A stretch of 20,000 nt of DNA from the IMG/VR virus record IMGVR_UViG_3300030376_006489; one strand, given 5' to 3'. Shown here piece by piece: positions 1-8,103 of this stretch (its first letter is position 1; every line of letters begins with the position of its first letter). A program made the position numbers and the translations under genes. Source of the stretch: an uncultured virus (IMG/VR IMGVR_UViG_3300030376_006489). Taxonomy: Duplodnaviria > Heunggongvirae > Uroviricota > Caudoviricetes. A model generated the notes under the pieces. The model was not told the DNA's origin. It did no database searches and saw only the letters and a program-made list of their open reading frames with translations.

Positions 1-3000
1 GATATTAATGCTCCAGGATGGACATTACCTACAAATGCAAAAGGTCATTTTACAGTTTCTAATCCTGCATTTTTTCAAGCAGCTGTTAAAGCATTTACAC
101 AATTTAGATTAGATTATTTATTTGCTGAAGTTGATCCAGCAACAGGACAAATCAATATATTTCCAGCTAATAAAAAAGATGATGCAAATTCACAAATAGA
201 TAAATGGTCTACTGCCTATACAGCATTATATACAGATTTAGTTAATAATACAAATAGTGCACATGATTATGCAATTGCTACTTGGAATACTCTATTCAAT
301 GAAATGAAAAGAGATGCTATAAAAGATACAGAAGTTAATGAAACATCAGAAGAATTATCTAAAGAGATTTTAGAATATACAGGTATAAACCTTAATAAAG
401 GATACATTAAGTATTTAATACTTAGCAGTATTTTAAATGAAAAAAGAACTGATAAACAAAAAGATTATCTAGATCTGTATAAAGTAAATGATGATATTAC
501 TACAGAAGATGTTGATCAAATAATAAAAGCTCTCGGTGTTATAAATACTAATACAAAAAAAGCTACTCCTGTTTTATTTGATAGAATAACTGACAGTCAA
601 TTATCAATAGAAGGTGAAGGAGAAATATCACTTGATTCAGAAATGGGTGTTAAATCAAGACTTCAAAAATTAGCAAGAGGTAATGCTATTTTTGATGAAA
701 CAGTTGGAACTACAGTTTTTAGAACACCAGATGGTAAATTAAAGTATGCACACCAAATGCCTACTTATCATATGGAAAAAGTTGAACAATTAAATACTCC
801 AGAAGAATTAAATAAAATGAGAAGAGATCCATATTACAAGGATAACTTTTTATTAAACAGTCCTAAGTTCAATGATATAGTAAACAAAGGAATGTTACGT
901 ATAATAAGAATAGCAGGACATAAACATGTAATGTTACAAACTAATGAGGAGGGAGACTTTGTTGTATCTAAAGCTTTAACTATAAATAAACAACCTGGTA
1001 TTGCTTTTGGAGATTCCAGTGGTAAAGATATAATGAGTCAATTGTTAAATGTATACTTTACTAATTATCAAGCAAAAACAGGAAATGTAAAATCTGAAAG
1101 TTATATAGATAATGAAGGTAACGCTGGAAGTTATGTAATAGCACCTACTGATATTAGAGTTATTGAAGCTTCTAGTACAGGAGATCTTGTTGGATTACCT
1201 ATTGAAAAAACTGTTGAATCAAAAGAAGGAGGTAGTGTATTAACAGATGAATACATTGACCACATGATGAATGAAATTAAAATAGAATATGAAACAATAA
1301 CAAGAGAATATAATGAAAGATACCAAAATGGTAAATTTGAATCAGGAAGAATAGAAAATTATAACACAGAGGAAAAAGGAAGATGGACAAAATTAAATAA
1401 ATCTAGAGAATTAGCAACAAAAAGAACTAAAGAAATTGCAAGTAGAGTTAGAGAAAAAGCTCCTCATTTAAATACAACACAAAAAGCAACTTTAAAATCT
1501 GGGTCATCTATTATATTAAAAACAGCAGATGGTGCTAATAGATCAAATATAACAGTTGGTGAAAAGGTAATTGCGCCTATGTTAATAGATAAAAAATCTA
1601 TTAACTACTCATTTGAAAACAAAGGAGAAAGAACAGCAATGGATTATATTGAAGATCTAGACGGTCTAATAAACAGGTTTGGAAATGCAGTATCTACAGA
1701 AGTTAAAATGAAATATTCATTTACATATGGAGATGAAAAAACAAAATATTATACAAATGACGGTATGATATGGAAATTTTTTAATAGTCTTAATAAAAAA
1801 GAACAAACTTCATATTATATTTTTGAAGTGAAACCTGTTGGAGAAACAGAAATAGGACTGACTGAGCAAGATGTTAAAGTGTATGAGACAGATGATCTTG
1901 CTGCACAACGTTTAGAAGAATATGCTACTACAATAAATCCGGATACAAATACATTATATACTTTTGATGAAGCATTAGCAAAAGTAAAAAAAGAAAATAT
2001 AGATTTAAAATCTATAATGAATGATAGATTAATGTCAATGTATTTAGAGTTTGAAACTTTAGTTGATGAACTTGGAATGGATTCTTTAAATAAAGCTATA
2101 ACAGAACAATTAAAAACTTCTACTCAAGAAGTAACAGAAAATACTACAAAAGCAATGAATCAGTTATTCTTATTAAAGAATAATAAAGATCATAACCTTA
2201 AACAAATATTTTTTAATGACTATTTAAACACTAAATCTTTTAATCAACTTTTATTGGGTAATACAGCAATGACATTAAAGGATGCCATTGATGAAATTAA
2301 AAGAGCTAAAATGCAAAATGCTGCAGGACCAAGTGCTGAATCAATTATAATTGCACCATATGAATATGATGCAGAAGGAAACATAATAGGGGGTTACGGT
2401 ATAGATCATCCTGTTAAACATATAAGCATGGTACCAATTACAGATCCTAAAAGAAAAGATGGTAGTGAAAAGACAGATGGTCAAATGTATGTAACTCTAA
2501 AAGCATTTAAATATATGTGGTTTGGTTTAGGTTTGTCAAGTAAAGCCTTAGACAGTTTAATAAGAAAAATAGAAAAAGGACAACCTATTAGTTTACAAGA
2601 ATATCACGGAAGCAAAAACAGAAAATCTAAAGGATATAAAGCACTTAATGCAATATTGAATTCTAAAAAACTTGTATATGGAGATGGTAAAACATATTTG
2701 AAAATGTCTGCTTTTGTTCTAACAGAAGAATTAACATCATATAAAGATGCAAACGGTATTGTGCATCCAAAACCAGGAAGAGAAGACTTACATAATTTAA
2801 GATTGAATATGGAGGCTATTGATAATGCACCAAACTCTGAAACAATAACTCTTGGAGTTCCACTGTCAGCATCTAAAATGTATAAAGAAAAAGTTATCAG
2901 TTATGAACAAGCATCGTCACCTAATCAAAATCTTTCTGAGAATGTAATGGATCTTGATGCAAAATATATGAAACTGCAACAAGTTAATCCATCTAATAAA

Positions 3001-6000
3001 AATGAAAAGATTGCACCTAGACAAATTATGACTTTGATAGGAAGTGAACAAGATGATAATATAGATGTAAATATTGCAGGTAAAAAATTAAAGATAGGTG
3101 ATATACGTAGGATTTATAATGAAGCTGCAAGTAATACACATTTAAATAAATATTTAGCTAAAAGAAATTTAATATTTAACTTTCAAGATTCACAAGATGA
3201 ATTACAAAAAAGTATTGATCTTGGAAGAGTTACAATGAAATTAGAAGCATTTAAAGATTTTGCTTTAGGTGCATTACAAGCATCACAAACTAAAGCACAA
3301 ATGTATGATATATTTGAAGGTGATTTTGAATTAAATACTCCAATGACATGGAAACAATATCAAAGATTATTTTTAAGTTATTTTACAAAAGATGTCTTTA
3401 CTCAAAAAGAAGCAGGTCACACAATCTCTTTAGTTTCTGATTGGGGGTATAATATAATAAGAAGAGCTTTAAAGGTTGATAAAGAAACAGGTGAAGTTTT
3501 AGAATCAGAAATTGTTAGAGATGATGAATGGTTAGAAAACAGAGATAAAGAAGAATATGAAGTTCTTAATGTTCCTCAAAAAGGTAAATTATATACAAGT
3601 TCATTAAGACATAATGTTATGGAATATAATGAAGATGGTACTCCTGGTGAAAGATATTCTGAATTTTTATTACCAGCTCATTTTGCAGAAATGGCAAACA
3701 TTAAAATAGGAGATCCTATTCCAGATGTCTTAGCTAAAATGTTTGCTGTAAGAATTCCATCTCAAGATAAACACTCTGCTGTAAATCTTAAACTTGTAGG
3801 TTTCTTACCTGTATTTTATGGATCTTCTGGAATGTTTGCTGAAGAAATGGTTGCTAATTCAGGAGCTGATATGGATATTGATAAAGTATATGCACAAATT
3901 AAAGAATGGTATTATGATAAAACTAAAGGTTTTGTTGAATATGGTAACGGTATAGAAGGAATAAATAATAAATCAGAAAAGATTTTATATGATGAGTATA
4001 GAAGATACATGAAGGAGGAATCTTTAAAAAGAGGAACTTCTATTAACTTAGCATTAAGACAATATAAAACAAAAGATGTAAAAAATAATATAATAGATTC
4101 TAATAAAGAATTAATTAAAACAGCAAATGAAGTTTGGAATGACTGGAATATATGGGCAACAAAACAAAAAAACGGCCCTCAAACTATAGGGTGGAATGAG
4201 TTAGAATCTAGACTACAATTTGCTAGAGAAAAAAGATACCCTGTAAATAAAAGCACAGGAGAATTTTATGATGTATATTCATTTGTTGATGTAACTAAAG
4301 AAATATTAAACGGAGCATTATTTCAATTAGGACTTCCATATTCTCCTAAAACTTATAAAGAATTTAAAGAAAAGCATAATGGAAGAGAACCTTATACAGC
4401 ACCGGATAATAATATCTTAGTAGATACAAAATATATCCTACAAGGAAATCCAAAAATGATGAATGAGGATGCTAAAGGCAATCAAACAGGTATTGCAAAT
4501 GAGCCTGCCGTTGTTGATCCCCTAATAGAAGTATTAAATTGGATGAAACAAGAAATTCCTGCAGTAAGAGAATCACTTAGTGAAGAAGGTTTAGATGTAG
4601 ATAGCCTACTTGGTAAAATAAAAGCATGGATAAATAATCATGAAGGTGCAAATAATATTGGTGCAGTAGTATTACCAAACCTTGTAATGAATTTACTAGG
4701 AGAATACAATATAAAAATTAGTGATGTTAAAGGAGTTGGTCAAATAGTAATGAACGGTGTTACTTATAATAGTTTTTCTACTGCATGGGCAGAAACATCT
4801 CCAGGTAAGTTTGATAAAACTAAGAGAACTCAGTTTGTTATATCAGCTTTAATTACAGCAATGACTGATAATGCAAAAGAAAGATTAGCAGCTTATTTAG
4901 GTTTAAATAGAGATGCTTTAGCTGTAGTAACTAATATGACAGCATTGGGTGTTCCTATTAAAGACTCTATATTAATGGTTAATCATCCTACATTAAAAGA
5001 GTTATATTTTAGATTTTATAATCCACGTACTGAAGAGGATACAAAAAGCATACCGGCAAAGTTACAAGAAGTACTCAATGCAGCACCTTCTGAAATAAAA
5101 AAGAGAGCAGAAGAATTACCTATTACTACTGATGCTCTTGTAAATCAAATTGAAAGTTTTAAATATACAAAAGGAAGAAAAGAAACTATATCAGGACAAT
5201 CTATTAGTGCATTTCAGGGATATAAGGGAGGATATGAAAATAAAGGTAAAGGTACACCACAAGGAGATGGTAAAGATAAAGCTATGAGAGAAACAGCTGA
5301 TACATCAATAACAGAAATATTTGACAGAACAAAAGAATCTTCTTCTAAAACTACAGAAGATCAATTACCTTGGGATAGTAATGAATCCATTAATGGAATT
5401 GTTATGTTAGCAAGAAATGGAAGTCTTAGAGGTCAAGATTTAGATGTTAGAACTAAAGAACGAATTGATGAAGCATTTGAAAGAGGTGCAACATTTATAG
5501 TAGGAGATATGGCAGGAGTAGATAGTCAATTTATAGATTATTTACAAAAAATTGGTGCTAAGTTTACTATTTATCATACAGGAAAGACACCTAGAATTAA
5601 TATATCTTCTTCTGAAGTGTCAGTTGAAAAAAGATTTGAGCTTGATGCAATGGAATATAAAATATTACAAACATTTGCTAACGCTCATAACATAAAACAA
5701 TATACAGGATACGTTACTAATTTTTTAACTATATCAGCTGGACTGGGTCAATCTACACAAAAGTTTGATGAAAGAGATCTAGCTTTTGAAAAATTAGGTA
5801 TAGGAAAATCAGATGTAGAATTTCTAAAAGGAATAAAACAAAAAGACGGAACTATAAAACATTACCCTATTGATGTTAGATCTATTTTTGAAGGTAAAGC
5901 TCTTGGTAAATATAAGATAGTACCGTGGCAATCAACAATATTTAAAACATATTCAGAGTTGCAAAAATTACTTCCTAAAGCTTTTATCTGGAGAACAGAA

Positions 6001-8097
6001 AATTTTAAAACAATTAAAGATTTAGTAATTAACGGTTTACAATCAAACAAAGTTACAAAAGATTATGAATTTAAAATTCAAGAAAGCATACTATCATATC
6101 TAACAGCTAAAGCCTATATTAGACATCTTGAAAATACAGGACAGGTTCATAGATTAGCATCTTTAAGAAACGGTTTAATATATGATGAATTTGCAGATGG
6201 AAAGTTGACTATAAAACATGTAGTTAATACTTTACTAAACGAAAATCCAGATAATTTATTTATATCAAAATACGTCAAGCTTATAGAAACTGAAAATAAT
6301 ATGAACAAGGATGGTATTAATGAGGTGCAAGCTAATACATGGAATAAATTAAATGATTCAACCATCATTGAAATACAAAGAGCTTTAATTGAATTATATA
6401 CAAAAGATGATGCAACAAGAAGAAACGTAGATCATTTAATAAATTATTTATTTGTTAAAGACGGTATGAATTTTGCAAGAAATACTTATTTATCTGTAAT
6501 ACCTGTACAAATATTAGAAGAAATATTTGAATCTGTAAAACCAGTACATGCTTTATTTTTAGATAACAATGCTACATCTACACATTATGAAAAAGTATTT
6601 GGTCCTGGAGTAACACTTAATGATCTTGCTAATGAAATAAATGATAGCATTTTAGAATCATCTAAAAACGCTTTCTATTTAAAACAATTAAGAAGAAAAG
6701 TAATACCTCAACCAGGTATTAAAGAATTTGTAAGAGATGAAACAGATACTCTCATAAAAGAAGAAGATTCTGTTGACCGTATTTCTTCAAGTATAGGTAC
6801 ACATGCAGCATTAGAACAAGGAATAATATCTGGAATGTTTACTGCAAAAAAATTAGGACAAAAAGATTATACAATTTCAATTGGTGAAAATGATACACAA
6901 TATACAATCAAAGAAGTAATTAAATTAGACAATAAAAAAATTAAAAATAAAGCTGCACTTGCTAAACTTAGCAGACTTTCAGGTATTCAATCTGAATACA
7001 TCAGTGCAAGGTATGGTAATATAGATCATATTAAATCTGGATCATATTTTACAGTTCTTGAAAAAAGAGATGCTCCAATTGATATATCTAGATCTAGATT
7101 AATTAATACAGGACCTGCATTTTTTGATGTTAAAAAAGGAACATTAACATTAACAATGTTCCCATTTATTAATATGAAAGATTTAACAAAAGGAAAAAAG
7201 GGAAAAGTAAAAGGTAGAAAGATAAGTCTTACAAAACAATTAGATCAAAAACGTAAAAATGCTATAAACCAAATAGAAAAATTAGGAATTGAAACTGTAA
7301 CAGTAGAAAGTAAAAGTGGAGAAGTAAAACTATTTAATTTACCAACACATCTTACTTTTATTGTTAAAGATAATGTTACAGGTAGACCAAAACAAATATT
7401 TGTAAAATTAGAAACAAGAATAGATCCAAGAGAAAAAGGAAGAGATCTTGATGTAGTTCATGATTTTAATGTTGATAAAGGAATGGTATTAGGACACACA
7501 GGTGTTTATAAAGTATATGAACCATTAGGGGCATATAATTCAACAGATATAGCAGGCGTGTTTGGTCCAAGATCTACACATGAGGATTTGGTAGAAATGA
7601 TGGCAGAAAGAGATAATAGAGCAGAAGGAAAACAATGGTCACTTCAAGGAGACTTTGATGAATCAAAAATTCAAATAGATGATATTGATATGTCTAAAGT
7701 AAAAATGACTGAAGAAGGAGGTAGATCAATAGAAGATGATGTTGATGTAGATTTATCAAAAATACAAAACATGAGTGAAAGACCAAAGACAGAAGAGACT
7801 CAATTAGAATTATTTGATGAAGGATCCTTAGATGCATCTATGATAGTAGAAGAAGGATCAAGTTTAAGAGAACAAGCTGCTTCCGAAGATAACAAAACTT
7901 TAGACCCAACACCAAATAAATTAAAAACTTTATATGAAGGTTTGACAGATAAAGAAAGAAAAGCATTAGCAGCACCAATAGAAAATGGTGGTCAAGGTAT
8001 AAAGAATGTAGAAGATTTTGTAACTTTGTATGAGAAAAATAAAGATAAATTAAATCTTAAAGACTTTGAAGATTTTATAAAAGATTGTTTAAAATAA
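1..8097 (+). CDS. Giant single-chain virion-packaged DNA-dependent RNA polymerase, crAss-like/phi14:2 gp66 type (5'-partial)
   Basis: Frame 1 reads without a stop from base 1 (DINAPGWTLP...) into the tracked ORF at 304, so the true start lies upstream of the window. It has a DxDxD metal-binding loop GADMDIDK (3862-3885) preceded by RIPSQ (from 3751), and upstream TDGQ (from 2473), YLKMS and SASK motifs. This order matches the two double-psi beta-barrels of crAss-like virion RNAPs. Confidence 0.88.
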   Translation, partial: DINAPGWTLPTNAKGHFTVSNPAFFQAAVKAFTQFRLDYLFAEVDPATGQINIFPANKKDDANSQIDKWSTAYTALYTDLVNNTNSAHDYAIATWNTLFNEMKRDAIKDTEVNETSEELSKEILEYTGINLNKGYIKYLILSSILNEKRTDKQKDYLDLYKVNDDITTEDVDQIIKALGVINTNTKKATPVLFDRITDSQLSIEGEGEISLDSEMGVKSRLQKLARGNAIFDETVGTTVFRTPDGKLKYAHQMPTYHMEKVEQLNTPEELNKMRRDPYYKDNFLLNSPKFNDIVNKGMLRIIRIAGHKHVMLQTNEEGDFVVSKALTINKQPGIAFGDSSGKDIMSQLLNVYFTNYQAKTGNVKSESYIDNEGNAGSYVIAPTDIRVIEASSTGDLVGLPIEKTVESKEGGSVLTDEYIDHMMNEIKIEYETITREYNERYQNGKFESGRIENYNTEEKGRWTKLNKSRELATKRTKEIASRVREKAPHLNTTQKATLKSGSSIILKTADGANRSNITVGEKVIAPMLIDKKSINYSFENKGERTAMDYIEDLDGLINRFGNAVSTEVKMKYSFTYGDEKTKYYTNDGMIWKFFNSLNKKEQTSYYIFEVKPVGETEIGLTEQDVKVYETDDLAAQRLEEYATTINPDTNTLYTFDEALAKVKKENIDLKSIMNDRLMSMYLEFETLVDELGMDSLNKAITEQLKTSTQEVTENTTKAMNQLFLLKNNKDHNLKQIFFNDYLNTKSFNQLLLGNTAMTLKDAIDEIKRAKMQNAAGPSAESIIIAPYEYDAEGNIIGGYGIDHPVKHISMVPITDPKRKDGSEKTDGQMYVTLKAFKYMWFGLGLSSKALDSLIRKIEKGQPISLQEYHGSKNRKSKGYKALNAILNSKKLVYGDGKTYLKMSAFVLTEELTSYKDANGIVHPKPGREDLHNLRLNMEAIDNAPNSETITLGVPLSASKMYKEKVISYEQASSPNQNLSENVMDLDAKYMKLQQVNPSNKNEKIAPRQIMTLIGSEQDDNIDVNIAGKKLKIGDIRRIYNEAASNTHLNKYLAKRNLIFNFQDSQDELQKSIDLGRVTMKLEAFKDFALGALQASQTKAQMYDIFEGDFELNTPMTWKQYQRLFLSYFTKDVFTQKEAGHTISLVSDWGYNIIRRALKVDKETGEVLESEIVRDDEWLENRDKEEYEVLNVPQKGKLYTSSLRHNVMEYNEDGTPGERYSEFLLPAHFAEMANIKIGDPIPDVLAKMFAVRIPSQDKHSAVNLKLVGFLPVFYGSSGMFAEEMVANSGADMDIDKVYAQIKEWYYDKTKGFVEYGNGIEGINNKSEKILYDEYRRYMKEESLKRGTSINLALRQYKTKDVKNNIIDSNKELIKTANEVWNDWNIWATKQKNGPQTIGWNELESRLQFAREKRYPVNKSTGEFYDVYSFVDVTKEILNGALFQLGLPYSPKTYKEFKEKHNGREPYTAPDNNILVDTKYILQGNPKMMNEDAKGNQTGIANEPAVVDPLIEVLNWMKQEIPAVRESLSEEGLDVDSLLGKIKAWINNHEGANNIGAVVLPNLVMNLLGEYNIKISDVKGVGQIVMNGVTYNSFSTAWAETSPGKFDKTKRTQFVISALITAMTDNAKERLAAYLGLNRDALAVVTNMTALGVPIKDSILMVNHPTLKELYFRFYNPRTEEDTKSIPAKLQEVLNAAPSEIKKRAEELPITTDALVNQIESFKYTKGRKETISGQSISAFQGYKGGYENKGKGTPQGDGKDKAMRETADTSITEIFDRTKESSSKTTEDQLPWDSNESINGIVMLARNGSLRGQDLDVRTKERIDEAFERGATFIVGDMAGVDSQFIDYLQKIGAKFTIYHTGKTPRINISSSEVSVEKRFELDAMEYKILQTFANAHNIKQYTGYVTNFLTISAGLGQSTQKFDERDLAFEKLGIGKSDVEFLKGIKQKDGTIKHYPIDVRSIFEGKALGKYKIVPWQSTIFKTYSELQKLLPKAFIWRTENFKTIKDLVINGLQSNKVTKDYEFKIQESILSYLTAKAYIRHLENTGQVHRLASLRNGLIYDEFADGKLTIKHVVNTLLNENPDNLFISKYVKLIETENNMNKDGINEVQANTWNKLNDSTIIEIQRALIELYTKDDATRRNVDHLINYLFVKDGMNFARNTYLSVIPVQILEEIFESVKPVHALFLDNNATSTHYEKVFGPGVTLNDLANEINDSILESSKNAFYLKQLRRKVIPQPGIKEFVRDETDTLIKEEDSVDRISSSIGTHAALEQGIISGMFTAKKLGQKDYTISIGENDTQYTIKEVIKLDNKKIKNKAALAKLSRLSGIQSEYISARYGNIDHIKSGSYFTVLEKRDAPIDISRSRLINTGPAFFDVKKGTLTLTMFPFINMKDLTKGKKGKVKGRKISLTKQLDQKRKNAINQIEKLGIETVTVESKSGEVKLFNLPTHLTFIVKDNVTGRPKQIFVKLETRIDPREKGRDLDVVHDFNVDKGMVLGHTGVYKVYEPLGAYNSTDIAGVFGPRSTHEDLVEMMAERDNRAEGKQWSLQGDFDESKIQIDDIDMSKVKMTEEGGRSIEDDVDVDLSKIQNMSERPKTEETQLELFDEGSLDASMIVEEGSSLREQAASEDNKTLDPTPNKLKTLYEGLTDKERKALAAPIENGGQGIKNVEDFVTLYEKNKDKLNLKDFEDFIKDCLK
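5191..5601 (+). other. Inserted SLOG-superfamily (YspA/DprA/LOG-like) Rossmannoid domain within the RNAP polyprotein
   Basis: Gly-rich segment GKGTPQGDGKDKAMR followed by RIDEAFERGATFIVGDMAGVDSQFIDYLQKIGAKFTIYH. This resembles the hhhGxxxGhD strand-loop-helix signature of SLOG domains. Recognised by eye only. Confidence 0.6.
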
Positions 8098-8103
8098 ATA
8101 TAT

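Noticed and set aside
304..306. ATG at 304 as the RNAP start
   Set aside because: The frame is open and protein-like from base 1, so the gene begins upstream of the window.
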